This document shows, piece after piece, positions 33,301-50,300 of a stretch of DNA of 64,000 nt. How positions within the stretch are numbered: the first letter of the stretch is position 1; each line of letters begins with the position of its first letter. Under the pieces are notes generated by a model. That model did not search any database. It was not told the DNA's origin and saw only the letters and a list, made by a program, of their open reading frames with translations. The stretch is from Eledone cirrhosa (Eukaryota), in NCBI GenBank assembly GCA_964016885.1, contig CAXHJY010000738.1, forward strand, positions 248,001 through 312,000. Direction: 5' to 3'. Made by a program: the position numbers and the translations under genes.

Positions 33301-36300
33301 GGTATATTACAGTACAGTAGGTATATTACAGTACAGAAGGTATATTACAGTACAGTAGGTATATTACAGTACAGTATATATATTACAGTACACTAGGTAT
33401 ATTACAGTACAGTAGGTATATTACAGTACAGTAGATATATTACAGTACACTAGGTATATTACAGTACAGTAGTTATACTACAGTACAGTAGATATATTAC
33501 AGTACAGTAGGTATAATACCATACAGTAGGTATATTACAGTACAGTAGGTATATTACAGTACAGTAGGTATAATACAGTACAGTAGATATATTACAGTAC
33601 AGTAGGTATATTACACTACAGTAGGTATATTACAGTACAGTAGGTATATTAAAGTACAGTAGGTATAATACAGTACAGTAGGTATATTACAGTACAGTAG
33701 GTATATTACAGTACAGTAGGTATATTCCAGTACAGTAGGTATATTACAGTACAGTAGGTATATTACACTACAGTAGGTATATTACAGTACAGTAGGTATA
33801 TTAAAGTACAGTAGGTATAATACAGTACAGTAGGTATATTACAGTAGAGTAGGTATATTACAGTACAGTAGATATAATACAGTACAGTAGATATATTACA
33901 GTACAGTAGGTATATTACAGTACAGTAGGTATGTTACAGTACTGTAGGTATATTACAGTGCAGTAGGTATATTACAGTACAGTAAATATATTACAGTACA
34001 GTAGGTATATTACAGTACAGTAGATATATTACAGTACAGTAGGTATATTAAAATAGGTATATTACAGTACATTAGGTATATTACAGTACAGTAGGTATAA
34101 TACAGTACAGTAGATATATTACAGTACAGTAGGTATATTACAGTACAGTAGGTATGTTACAGTACAGTAGGTATATTACAGTGCAGTAGGTATATTACAG
34201 TACAGTAGGTATATTACAGTACAGTAGATATATTACAGTACAGTAGGTATATTACAGTACAGTAGGTATATTACAGTACAGTAGATAGAGTACAGTACAG
34301 TAGATAGAGTACAGTACAGTAGATATATTACAGTACAGTAGGTATATTACAGTACAGTAGGTATATTACAGTACTGTAGGTATATTACAGTACAGTAGGT
34401 ATATTACAGTACAGTAGATAGATTACAGTACAGTAGATATATTACAGTACAGTAGTTATATTACAGTACAGTAGGTATATTACAGTACAGTAGATATATT
34501 ACATTACAGTAGGTATATTACAGTACAGTAGATATATTACAGTACAGTAGGTATATTACAGTACAGTAGGTATATTACAGTACAGTAGGTATATTACAGT
34601 ACAGTAGGTATATTACAGTACGGTAGATATATTACAGTACAGTAGGTATAATACAGTACAGTAGGTATATTACAGTACAGTAGGTATATTACAGTACAGT
34701 AGGTATATTACAGTACAGTAGTTATAATACAGTACAGTAGGTATATTACAGTACAGTAGTTATAATACAGTACAGTACGTATATTACAGTACAGTAGGTA
34801 TATTACAGTACAGTAGGTATATTACAGTACAGTAGGTATATTACAGTACAGTAGATATATTACAGTACAGTAGGTATATTACAGTACAGTAGGTATATTA
34901 CAGTACTGTAGATATATTACAGTACAGTAGGTATATTACAGTACAGTAGGTATATTACAGTACACTAGGTATATTACAGTACATTAGATATATTACAGTA
35001 CAGTAGGTATAATACCATACAGTAGGTATATTACAGTACAGAAGGTATATTACAGTACAGTAGGTATAATACAGTACAGTAGGTATATTACAGTACAGTA
35101 GGTATATTACAGTACAGTAAGTATATTACAGTACAGTAGGTATATTACAGTACAGTAGGTATATTACAGTACAGTACGTATATTACAGTACAGTAGGTAT
35201 ATTACAGTACAGTAGATATATTACAGTACAGTAGATATATTACAGTACAGTAGATATATTACAGTACAGTAGGTATATTACAGTACAATAGATATATTAC
35301 AGTACAGTAGGTATATTACAGTACAGTAGGTATATTACAGTACAGTAGGTATATTACAGTACAGTAGGTATATTACAGTACAGTAGGTATATTACAGTAC
35401 AGTAGATATATTACAGTACAGTAGGTATATTACAGTACAGTAGGTATATTACAGTACAGTAGGGATAATACAGTACAGTAGATATTTTACAGTACAGTAG
35501 GTATATTACAGTACAGTAGGTATATTACAGTACAGTTGGTATATTACAGTACAGTAGACATATTACAGTACAGTATGTATATTACAGTACAGTAGGTATA
35601 TTACAGTACAGTAGGTATATTACAGTACAGTAGGTGTATTACAGTACAGTAGGTATATTACAGTACAGTAGGTATATTACATTACAGTAGGTATATTACA
35701 GTACAGTAGGTATATTACAGTACAGTAGATATATTACAGTACAGTAGATATATTACAGTACAGTAGGTATATTACAGTACAATAGATATATTACAGTACA
35801 GTAGGTATATTATAGTACAGTAGGTATATTACAGTACAGTAGGTATATTACAGTACAGTAGGTATAACACAGTACAGTAGGTATATTACAGTACAGTAGG
35901 TATATTACAGTACAGTAGTTATATTACAGTACAGTAGTTATATTACAGTACAGTAGGTATAATACAGTACAGTAGGTATATTACAGTACAGTAGGTATAT
36001 TACAGTACAGTAGGTATATTACAGTACAGTAGGTATATTACAGTACAGTAGGTATATTACAGTACATTATATATATTACAGTACACTAGGTATATTACAG
36101 TACAGTAGGTATATTAAAGTACAGTAGGTATAATACAGTACAGTAGGTATATTACAGTAGAGTAGGTATATTACAGTACAGTAGATATAATACAGTACAG
36201 TAGGTATATTACAGTACAGTAGGTATATTACACTACAGTAGGTATATTACAGTACAGTAGGTATATTAAAGTACAGTAGGTATAATACAGTACAGTAGGT

Positions 36301-38399
36301 ATATTACAGTAGAGTAGGTATATTACAGTACAGTAGATATAATACAGTACAGTAGATATATTACAGTACAGTAGGTATATTACAGTACAGTAGGTATATT
36401 ACAGTACAGTAGGTATATTACAGTACAGTAGGTGTATTACAGTACAGTAGATAGATTACAGTACAGTAGATATATTACAGTACAGTAGGTATATTACAGT
36501 ACAGTAGGTATATTACAGTACAGTAGACATATTACAGTACAGTATGTATATTACAGTACAGTATGTATATTACAGTACAGTATGTATATTACAGTACAGT
36601 AGCTATATTACAGTACAGTAGGTATATTACAGTACAGAAGGTATATTACAGTACAGTAGATAGATTACAGAACAGTAGATATATTACAGTACAGTAGGTA
36701 TATTACAGTACAGTAGGTATATTACAGTACAGTAGACATATTACAGTACAGTAGGTATATTACAGTACAGTAGGTATAATACAGTACAGTAGGTATATTA
36801 CAGTACAGTAGGTATATTACAGTACAGTAGGTATATTACAGTACAGTAGTTATATTACAGTACAGTAGGTATAATACAGTACAGTAGGTATATTACAGTA
36901 CAGTAGGTATATTACAGTACAGTAGGTATATTACAGTACAGTAGGTATATTACAGTACAGTAGGTATATTACAGTACAGTATATATATTACAGTACACTA
37001 GGTATATTACAGTACAGTAGGTATATTACAGTAAAGTAGATATATTACAGTACAATAGGTATATTACAGTACAGTAGGTATATTACAGTACAGTAGATAT
37101 ATTACAGTACAGTAGGTATAATACCATACAGTAGGTATATTACAGTACAGTAGGTATATTACAGTACAGTAGGTATAATACAGTACAGTAGATATATTAC
37201 AGTACAGTAGGTATATTACACTACAGTAGGTATATTACGGTACAGTAGGTATATTAAAGTACAGTAGGTATAATACAGTACAGTAGGTATATTACAGTAC
37301 AGTAGGTATATTACAGTACAGTAGGTATATTACAGTACAGTAGATATATTACAGTACAGTAGGTATATTACACTACAGTAGGTATATTACAGTACAGTAG
37401 GTATATTAAAGTACAGTAGGTATAATACAGTACAGTAGGTATATTACAGTAGAGTAGGTATATTACAGTACAGTAGATATAATACAGTACAGTAGATATA
37501 TTACAGTACAGTAGGTATATTACAGTACAGTAGGTATATTACAGTACAGTAGGTATATTACAGTACAGTAGGTATATTACAGTACAGTAGGTATATTACA
37601 GTACAGTAGATATATTACAGTACAGTAGGTATAATACAGTAAACTAGGTATATTACAGTACAGTAGGTATATTACAGTACAGTAGGTATAATACAGTACA
37701 GTAGGTATATTACAGTACAGTAGGTATATTACAGTACAGTAGGTATATTACAGTACAGTATGTATATTACAGTACAGTAGGTATAATACAGTACAGTAGG
37801 TATATTACAGTACAGTAGGTATATTACAGTACAGTAGGTATATTACAGTACAGTAGGTATATTACAGTACAGTAGGTATATTACAGTACAGTAGATATAT
37901 TACAGTACAGTAGGTATATTACAGTACAGTATGTATATTACAGTACAGTAGGTATAATACAGTACAGTAGGTATATTACAGTACAGAAGGTATATTACAG
38001 TACAGTAGGTATATTACAGTACAGTAGGTATATTACAGTACAGTAGATATATTACAGTACAGTAGGTATATTACACTACAGTAGATATATTACAGTACAG
38101 TAGGTATATTACAGTACAGTAGTTATATTACAGTACAGTAGGGATAATACAGTACAGTAGATATGTTACAGTTCAGTAGGTATATTACAGTACAGTAGGT
38201 ATATTACAGTATAGTAGGTATATTACAGTACAGTAGACATATTACAGTACAGTATGTATATTACAGTACAGTAGGTATATTACAGTACAGTAGGTATATT
38301 ACAGTACAGTAGGTATATTACAGTACAGTAGATATATTACAGTACAGTAGGTATATTACAGTACAGTAGGTATATTACAGTACAGTAGGTATATTACAG

Positions 38400-41300
38400 T
38401 ACAGTAGATATATTACAGTACAGTAGATATATTACAGTACAGTAGATAGATTACAGTACAGTAGATATATTACAGTACAGTAGGTATATTACAGTACAAT
38501 AGATATATTACAGTACAGTAGGTATATTATAGTACAGTAGGTATATTACACTACAGTAGGTATATTACAGTACAGTAGATATATTACAGTACAGTAGGTA
38601 TATTACAGTACAGTATGTATATTACAGTACAGTAGGTATATTACAGTACAGTAGGTATATTACAGTACAGTAGGTATAATACAGTACAGTAGGTATATTA
38701 CAGTACAGTAGCTATATTACAGTACAGTAGGTATATTACAGTACAGTAGGTATAATAAAGTACAGTAGGTATAATACAGTACAGTAGGTATATTACAGTA
38801 CAGTAGGTATATTACAGTACAGTAGGTATATTACAGTACAGTAGATATATTACAGTACAGTAGATATATTACAGTACAGTAGATAGATTACAGTACAGTA
38901 GATATATTACAGTACAGTAGGTATATTACAGTACAGTAGATATATTACAGTACAGTAGGTATATTATAGTACAGTAGGTATATTACAGTACAGTAGGTAT
39001 ATTACAGTACAGTAGGTAAAATACAGTAAAGTAGGTATATTACAGTACAGTAGGTATATTACACTACAGTAGGTCACATACAGTACAGTAGGTATATTAC
39101 AGTACAGTAGGTATATTACAGTACAGTAGGTATGTTACAGTACATTAGGTATATTACAGTACAGTAGGTATATTACAGTACAGTAGGTATATTACAGTAC
39201 AGTAGGTATATTACAGTACAGTAGATATATTACAGTACAGTAGGTATATTACAGTACAGTAGGTATATTACAGTACAGTAGATAGAGTACAGTACAGTAG
39301 ATATATTACAGTACAGTAGGTATATTACAGTACAGTAGGTATAATACAGTACAGTAGGTATATTACAGTACATTAGGTATATTACAGTGCAGTAGGTATA
39401 TTACAGTACAGTAGGTATATTACAGTACAGTAGGTATATTACAGTACAGTAGATATATTGCAGTACAGTAGGTATATTACAGTACAGTAGGGATAATACA
39501 TGTACAGTAGATATGTTACAGTACAGTAGGTATATTACAGTACAGTAGGTATATTACAGTACAGTAGGTATATTGCAGTACAGTAGACATATTACAGTAC
39601 AGTATGTATATTACAGTACAGTAGGTATATTACAGTACAGTAGGTATATTACAGTACAGTAGGTATATTACAGTACAGTAGGTATATTACAGTACAGTAG
39701 ATATATTACAGTACAGTAGGTATATTAGAGTACAGTAGGTATATTAGAGTACAGTAGGTATATTACAGTACAGTAGGTATATTACAGTACAGTAGGTATA
39801 TTACAGTACAGTAGGTATAATACAGTACAGTAGGTATATTACAGTACAGTAGGTATATTACAGTACAGTAGGTATATTACAGTACAGTAGGTATATTACA
39901 GTACAGTAGGTATATTACAGTACAGTATATATATTACAGTACACTAGGTATATTACAGTACAGTAGGTATATTACAGTACAGTAGATATATTACAGTACA
40001 CTAGGTATATTACAGTACAGTAGGTATATTACAGTACAGTAGATATATTACAGTACAGTAGGTATAATACCATACAGTAGGTATATTACAGTACAGTAGG
40101 TATATTACAGTACAGTAGGTATAATACAGTACAGTAGATATATTACAGTACAGTAGGTATATTACACTACAGTAGGTATATTACAGTACAGTAAGTATAT
40201 TAATGTACAGTAGGTATAATACAGTACAGTAGGTATATTACAGTACAGTAGGTATATTACAGTACAGTAGGTATATTACAGTACAGTAGGTATATTACAG
40301 TACAGTAGGTATATTACACTACAGTAGGTATATTACAGTACAGTAGGTATATTAAAGTTCAGTAGGTATAATACAGTACAGTAGGTATATTACAGTAGAG
40401 TAGGTATATTACAGTACAGTAGATATAATACAGTACAGTAGATATAATACAGTACAGTAGATATATTACAGTACAGTAGGTATATTACAGTACAGTAAGT
40501 ATATTGCAGTACAGTAGGTATATTACAGTACAGTAGATATATTACAGTACAGTAGGTATATTACAGTACAGTAGGTATATTATAGTACATTAGATATATT
40601 ACAGTACAGTAGGTATATTACAGTACAGTAGATATATTACAGTACAGTAGATATATTACAGTACAGTAGGTATATTACAGTAGGTATATTACAGTACATT
40701 AGGTATATTACAGTACAGTAGGTATAATACAGTACAGTAGATATATTACAGTACAGTAGGTATATTACAGTACAGTAGGTATATTACAGTACAGTAGATA
40801 TATTACAGTACAGTAGGTATAATACAGTAAACTAGGTATATTACAGTACAGTAGGTATGTTACAGTACAGTAGGTATAATACAGTACAGTAGGTATATTA
40901 CAGTACAGTAGGTATATTACAGTACAGTAGATATAATACAGTACAGTAGATATATTACAGTACAGTAGGTATATTACAGTACAGTAGGTATATTACAGTA
41001 CAGTAGGTATATTACAGTACAGTAGGTTTATTACAGTACAGTAGGTATATTACAGTACAGTAGATACATTACAGTACAGTAGATATATTACAGTACAGTA
41101 GGTATATTACAGTACAGTAGGTATATTACAGTACAGTAGATATATTACAGTACAGTAAGTATATTACAGTACAGTAGATATATTACAGTACAGTAGATAT
41201 ATTACAGTACAGTAGGTATATTACAGTACAGTAGGTATATTACAGTACATTAGGTATATTACAATACAGTAGGTATAATACAGTACAGTAGATATATTAC

Positions 41301-44300
41301 AGTACAGTAGGTATATTACAGTACAGTAGGTATATTACAGTACAGTAGATATATTACAGTACAGTAGGTATAATACAGTAAACTAGGTATATTACAGTAC
41401 AGTAGGTATATTACATTACAGTAGGTATATTACAGTACAGTAGGTATATTACAGTACAGTAGGTATATTACAGTACAGTATGTATATTACAGTACAGTAG
41501 GTATATTACAGTACAGTAGGTATATTACAGTACAGTAGGTATATTACAGTACAGTAGGTATATTATAGTACAGTAGGTATATTACAGTACAGTAGATATA
41601 TTACAGTACAGTAGGTATATTACAGTACAGTATGTATATTACAGTACAGTAGGTATAATACAGTACAGTAGGTATATTACAGTACAGAAGGTATATTACA
41701 GTACAGTAGGTATATTACAGTACAGTACGTATATTACAGTACAGTAGATATATTACAGTACAGTAGGTATATTACACTACAGTATATATATTACAGTACA
41801 GTAGGTATATTACAGTACAGTAGTTATATTACAGTACAGTAGGGATAATACAGTACAGTAGATATGTTATAGTTCAGTAGGTATATTACAGTACAGTAGG
41901 TATATTACAGTACAGTAGGTATATTACAGTACAGTAGACATATTACAGTACAGTATGTATATTACAGTACAGTAGGTATATTACAGTACAGTAGGTATAT
42001 TACAGTACAGTAGGTATATTACAGTACAGTAGGTATATTACAGTACAGTAGATATATTACAGTACAGTAGGTATATTACAGTACAGTAGGTATATTACAG
42101 TACAGTAGGTATATTACAGTACAGTAGGTATATTACAGTACAGTAGATATATTACAGTACAGTAGATATATTACAGTACAGTAGATAGATTACAGTACAG
42201 TAGATATATTACAGTACAGTAGGTATATTACAGTACAATAGATATATTACAGTACAGTAGGTATATTATAGTACAGTAGGTATATTACACTACAGTAGGT
42301 ATATTACAGTACAGTAGATATATTACAGTACAGTAGGTATATTACAGTACAGTATGTATATTACAGTACAGTATGTATATTACAGTACAGTAGGTATATT
42401 ACAGTACAGTAGGTATAATACAGTACAGTAGGTATATTACAGTACAGTAGGTATATTACAGTACAGTAGGTATATTACAGTACAGTAGGTATAATAAAGT
42501 ACAGTAGGTATAATACAGTACAGTAGGTATATTACAGTACAGTAGGTATATTACAGTACAGTAGGTATATTACAGTACAGTAGATATATTACAGTACAGT
42601 AGATATATTACAGTACAGTAGATAGATTACAGTACAGTAGATATATTACAGTACAGTAGGTATATTACAGTACAGTAGATATATTACAGTACAGTAGGTA
42701 TATTATAGTACAGTAGGTATATTACAGTACAGTAGGTATATTACAGTACAGTAGGTAAAATACAGTAAAGTAGGTATATTACAGTACAGTAGGTATATTA
42801 CACTAGAGTAGGTCACATACAGTACAGTAGGTATATTACAGTACAGTAGGTATATTACAGTACAGTAGGTATGTTACAGTACATTAGGTATATTACAGTA
42901 CAGTAGGTATATTACAGTACAGTAGGTATATTACAGTACAGTAGATATATTACAGTACAGTAGATATATTACAGTACAGTAGGTATATTACAGTACAGTA
43001 GGTATATTACAGTACAGTAGATAGAGTACAGTACAGTAGATATATTACAGTACAGTAGGTATATTACAGTACAGTAGGTATAATACAGTACAGTAGGTAT
43101 ATTACAGTACAGTAGGTATATTACAGTGCAGTAGGTATATTACAGTACAGTAGGTATATTACAGTACAGTAGGTATATTACAGTACAGTAGATATATTGC
43201 AGTACAGTAGGTATATTACAGTACAGTAGGTATATTACAGTACAGTAGGTATATTACAGTACAGTAGACATATTACAGTACAGTATGTATATTACAGTAC
43301 AGTAGGTATATTACAGTACAGTAGGTATATTACAGTACAGTAGGTATATTACAGTACAGTAGGTATATTACAGTACAGTAGATATATTACAGTACAGTAG
43401 GTATATTAGAGTACAGTAGGTATATTAGAGTACAGTAGGTATATTACAGTACAGTAGGTATATTACAGTACAGTAGGTATATTACAGTACAGTAGGTATA
43501 ATACAGTACAGTAGGTATATTACAGTACAGTAGGTATATTACAGTACAGTAGGTATATTACAGTACAGTAGGTATATTACAGTACAGTAGGTATATTACA
43601 GTACAGTAGGTATATTACAGTACAGTAGATATATTACAGTACAGTAGGTATATTACAGTACAGTAGGTATATTACAGTACAGTAGATATATTACAGTACA
43701 GTAGGTATAATACCATACAGTAGGTATATTACAGTACAGTAGGTATATTACAGTACAGTAGGTATAATACAGTACAGTAGATATATTACAGTACAGTAGG
43801 TATATTACACTACAGTAGGTATATTACAGTACAGTAAGTATATTAATGTACAGTAGGTATAATACAGTACAGTAGGTATATTACAGTACAGTAGGTATAT
43901 TACAGTACAGTAGGTATATTACAGTACAGTAGGTATATTACAGTACAGTAGGTATATTACACTACAGTAGGTATATTACAGTACAGTAGGTATATTAAAG
44001 TACAGTAGGTATAATACAGTACAGTAGGTATATTACAGTAGAGTAGGTATATTACAGTACAGTAGATATAATACAGTACAGTAGATATATTACAGTACAG
44101 TAGGTATATTACAGTACAGTAGGTATATTACAGTACAGTAGGTATATTACAGTACAGTAGGTATATTACAGTATAGTAGGTATATTACAGTACAGTAGGT
44201 ATATTACAGTACAGTAGATATATTACAGTACAGTAGGTATATTACAGTACAGTAGGTATATTATAGTACATTAGATATATTACAGTACAGTAGGTATATT

Positions 44301-47300
44301 ACAGTACAGTAGATATATTACAGTACAGTAGATATATTACAGTACAGTAGGTATAATACAGTACAGTAGATATATTACAGTACAGTAGGTATATTACAGT
44401 ACAGTAGGTATATTACAGTATAGTAGATATATTACAGTACAGTAGGTATAATACAGTAAACTAGGTATATTACAGTACAGTAGGTATATTACAGTACAGT
44501 AGGTATAATACAGTACAGTAGGTATATTACAGTACAGTAGGTATATTACAGTACTGTAGGTATGTTACAGTACAGTAGGTATATTACAGTACATTAGATA
44601 TATTACAGTACAGTAGGTATATTACAGTACAGTAGGTATATTACATTACAGTAGATATATTACAGTACAGTAGGTATATTACAGTACAGTAGGTATATTA
44701 CAGTACAGTAGATAGAGTACAGTACAGTAGATATATTACAGTACAGTAGGTATATTACAGTACAGTAGGTATATTACAGTACTGTAGGTATATTACAGTA
44801 CAGTAGGTATATTACAGTACAGTAGGTATATTACAGTACAGTAGATATGTTACAGTACAGTAGGTATATTACAGTACAGTAGATAGATTACAGTAGATAT
44901 ATTACAGTACAGTAGATATATTACAGTACAGTAGGTATATTACAGTACAGTAGGTATATTACAGTACAGTAGGTATATTACAGTACAGTAGGTATATTAC
45001 AGTACAGTAGATATATTACAGTACAGTAGGTATAATACAGTACAGTAGGTATATTACAGTACAGTAGGTATATTACAGTACAGTAGGGATATTACAGTAC
45101 AGTAGTTATAATACAGTACAGTAGGTATATTACAGTACAGTAGTTATAATACAGTACAGTAGGTATATTACAGTACAGTAGGTATATTACAGTACAGTAG
45201 GTATATTACAGTACAGTAGGTATATTACAGTACAGTAGGTATATTACAGTACAGTAGGTATATTACAGTACAGTAGATATATTACAGTACAGTAGGTATA
45301 ATACCATACAGTAGGTATATTACAGTACAGTAGGTATATTACAGTACAGTAGGTATAATACAGTACAGTAGATATATTACAGTACAGTAGGTATATTACA
45401 GTACAGTAGGTATATTACAGTACAGTAGGTATATTACAATACAGTAGATATATTACAGTACAGTAGATATATTACAGTACAGTAGATATATTACAGTACA
45501 GTAGGTATATTACAGTACAGTAGATAGATTACAGTATAGTAGATAGATTACAGTACAATAGGTATATTACAGTACAGTATATAGATTACAGTACAGTAAA
45601 TATATTACAGTACAGTAGGTATATTACAGTACAGTAGGTATATTACAGTACAGTAGACATATTACAGTACAGTAGACATATTACAGTACAGTAGGTATAT
45701 TACAGTACAGTATGTATATTACAGTACAGTAGGTATAATACAGTACAGTAGGTATATTACAGTACAGTAGGTATATTACAGTACAGTAGGTATATTATAG
45801 TACAGTAGGTATATTACAGTACAGTAGATATATTACAGTACAGTAGGTATATTATAGTACAGTAGGTATATTACAGTACAGTAGGTATATTACAGTACAG
45901 TAGGTAAAATACAGTAAAGTAGGTATATTACAGTACAGTAGGTATATTACACTAGAGTAGGTCACATACAGTACAGTAGGTATATTACAGTACAGTAGGT
46001 ATATTACACTACAGTAGGTATATTACAGTACAGTAGGTATATTAAAGTACAGTAGGTATAATACAGTACAGTAGGTATATTACAGTAGAGTAGGTATATT
46101 ACAGTACAGTAGATATAATACAGTACAGTAGATATATTACAGTACAGTAGGTATATTACAGTACAGTAGGTATATTACAGTACAGTAGGTATATTACAGT
46201 ACAGTAGGTATATTACAGTACAGTAGGTATATTACAGTACAGTAGATATATTACAGTACAGTAGGTATATTACAGTACAGTAGGTATATTATAGTACATT
46301 AGATATATTACAGTACAGTAGGTATATTACAGTACAGTAGATATATTACAGTACAGTAGATATATTACAGTACAGTAGGTATAATACAGTACAGTAGATA
46401 TATTACAGTACAGTAGGTATATTACAGTACAGTAGGTATATTACAGTATAGTAGATATATTACAGTACAGTAGGTATAATACAGTAAACTAGGTATATTA
46501 CAGTACAGTAGGTATATTACAGTACAGTAGGTATAATACAGTACAGTAGGTATATTACAGTACAGTAGGTATATTACAGTACTGTAGGTATGTTACAGTA
46601 CAGTAGTTATATTACAGTACAGTAGATATATTACAGTACAGTAGGTATATTACAGTACAGTAGGTATATTACAGTACAGTAGATATATTACAGTACAGTA
46701 GGTATATTACAGTACAGTAGGTATATTACAGTACAGTAGATAGAGTACAGTACAGTAGATATATTACAGTACAGTAGGTATATTACAGTACAGTAGGTAT
46801 ATTACAGTACTGTAGGTATATTACAGTACAGTAGGTATATTACAGTACAGTAGGTATATTACAGTACAGTAGATATATTACAGTACAGTAGATATATTAC
46901 AGTACAGTAGATAGATTACAGTACAGTAGATATATTACAGTACAGTAGGTATATTACAGTACAATAGATATATTACAGTACAGTAGGTATATTATAGTAC
47001 AGTAGGTATATTACACTACAGTAGGTATATTACAGTACAGTAGATATATTACAGTACAGTAGGTATATTACAGTACAGTATGTATATTACAGTACAGTAG
47101 GTATATTACAGTACAGTAGGTATATTACAGTACAGTAGGTATAATACAGTACAGTAGGTATATTACAGTACAGTAGCTATATTACAGTACAGTAGGTATA
47201 TTACAGTACAGTAGGTATAATAAAGTACAGTAGGTATAATACAGTACAGTAGGTATATTACAGTACAGTAGGTATATTACAGTACAGTAGGTATATTACA

Positions 47301-50300
47301 GTACAGTAGATATATTACAGTACAGTAGATATATTACAGTACAGTAGATAGATTACAGTACAGTAGATATATTACAGTACAGTAGGTATATTACAGTACA
47401 GTAGATATATTACAGTACAGTAGGTATATTATAGTACAGTAGGTATATTACAGTACAGTAGGTATATTACAGTACAGTAGGTAAAATACAGTAAAGTAGG
47501 TATATTACAGTACAGTAGGTATATTACACTACAGTAGGTCACATACAGTACAGTAGGTATATTACAGTACAGTAGGTATATTACAGTACAGTAGGTATGT
47601 TACAGTACATTAGGTATATTACAGTACAGTAGGTATATTACAGTACAGTAGGTATATTACAGTACAGTAGGTATATTACAGTACAGTAGATATATTACAG
47701 TACAGTAGGTATATTACAGTACAGTAGGTATATTACAGTACAGTAGATAGAGTACAGTACAGTAGATATATTACAGTACAGTAGGTATATTACAGTACAG
47801 TAGGTATAATACAGTACAGTAGGTATATTACAGTACATTAGGTATATTACAGTGCAGTAGGTATATTACAGTACAGTAGGGATAATACATGTACAGTAGA
47901 TATGTTACAGTACAGTAGGTATATTACAGTACAGTAGGTATATTACAGTACAGTAGGTATATTGCAGTACAGTAGACATATTACAGTACAGTATGTATAT
48001 TACAGTACAGTAGGTATATTACAGTACAGTAGGTATATTACAGTACAGTAGGTATATTACAGTACAGTAGGTATATTACAGTACAGTAGATATATTACAG
48101 TACAGTAGGTATATTAGAGTACAGTAGGTATATTAGAGTACAGTAGGTATATTACAGTACAGTAGGTATATTACAGTACAGTAGGTATATTACAGTACAG
48201 TAGGTATAATACAGTACAGTAGGTATATTACAGTACAGTAGGTATATTACAGTACAGTAGGTATATTACAGTACAGTAGGTATATTACAGTACAGTAGGT
48301 ATATTACAGTACAGTATATATATTACAGTACACTAGGTATATTACAGTACAGTAGGTATATTACAGTACAGTAGATATATTACAGTACACTAGGTATATT
48401 ACAGTACAGTAGGTATATTACAGTACAGTAGATATATTACAGTACAGTAGGTATAATACCATACAGTAGGTATATTACAGTACAGTAGGTATATTACAGT
48501 ACAGTAGGTATAATACAGTACAGTAGATATATTACAGTACAGTAGGTATATTACACTACAGTAGGTATATTACAGTACAGTAAGTATATTAATGTACAGT
48601 AGGTATAATACAGTACAGTAGGTATATTACAGTACAGTAGGTATATTACAGTACAGTAGGTATATTACAGTACAGTAGGTATATTACAGTACAGTAGGTA
48701 TATTACACTACAGTAGGTATATTACAGTACAGTAGGTATATTAAAGTTCAGTAGGTATAATACAGTACAGTAGGTATATTACAGTAGAGTAGGTATATTA
48801 CAGTACAGTAGATATAATACAGTACAGTAGATATAATACAGTACAGTAGATATATTACAGTACAGTAGGTATATTACAGTACAGTAAGTATATTGCAGTA
48901 CAGTAGGTATATTACAGTACAGTAGATATATTACAGTACAGTAGGTATATTACAGTACAGTAGGTATATTATAGTACATTAGATATATTACAGTACAGTA
49001 GGTATATTACAGTACAGTAGATATATTACAGTACAGTAGATATATTACAGTACAGTAGGTATATTACAGTAGGTATATTACAGTACATTAGGTATATTAC
49101 AGTACAGTAGGTATAATACAGTACAGTAGATATATTACAGTACAGTAGGTATATTACAGTACAGTAGGTATATTACAGTACAGTAGATATATTACAGTAC
49201 AGTAGGTATAATACAGTAAACTAGGTATATTACAGTACAGTAGGTATGTTACAGTACAGTAGGTATAATACAGTACAGTAGGTATATTACAGTACAGTAG
49301 GTATATTACAGTACAGTAGATATAATACAGTACAGTAGATATATTACAGTACAGTAGGTATATTACAGTACAGTAGGTATATTACAGTACAGTAGGTTTA
49401 TTACAGTACAGTAGGTATATTACAGTACAGTAGATACATTACAGTACAGTAGATATATTACAGTACAGTAGGTATATTACAGTACAGTAGGTATATTACA
49501 GTACAGTAGATATATTACAGTACAGTAAGTATATTACAGTACAGTAGATATATTACAGTACAGTAGATATATTACAGTACAGTAGGTATATTACAGTACA
49601 GTAGGTATATTACAGTACATTAGGTATATTACAATACAGTAGGTATAATACAGTACAGTAGATATATTACAGTACAGTAGGTATATTACAGTACAGTAGG
49701 TATATTACAGTACAGTAGATATATTACAGTACAGTAGGTATAATACAGTAAACTAGGTATATTACAGTACAGTAGGTATATTACATTACAGTAGGTATAT
49801 TACAGTACAGTAGGTATATTACAGTACAGTAGGTATATTACAGTACAGTATGTATATTACAGTACAGTAGGTATATTACAGTACAGTAGGTATATTACAG
49901 TACAGTAGGTATATTACAGTACAGTAGGTATATTATAGTACAGTAGGTATATTACAGTACAGTAGATATATTACAGTACAGTAGGTATATTACAGTACAG
50001 TATGTATATTACAGTACAGTAGGTATAATACAGTACAGTAGGTATATTACAGTACAGAAGGTATATTACAGTACAGTAGGTATATTACAGTACAGTACGT
50101 ATATTACAGTACAGTAGATATATTACAGTACAGTAGGTATATTACACTACAGTATATATATTACAGTACAGTAGGTATATTACAGTACAGTAGTTATATT
50201 ACAGTACAGTAGGGATAATACAGTACAGTAGATATGTTATAGTTCAGTAGGTATATTACAGTACAGTAGGTATATTACAGTACAGTAGGTATATTACAGT

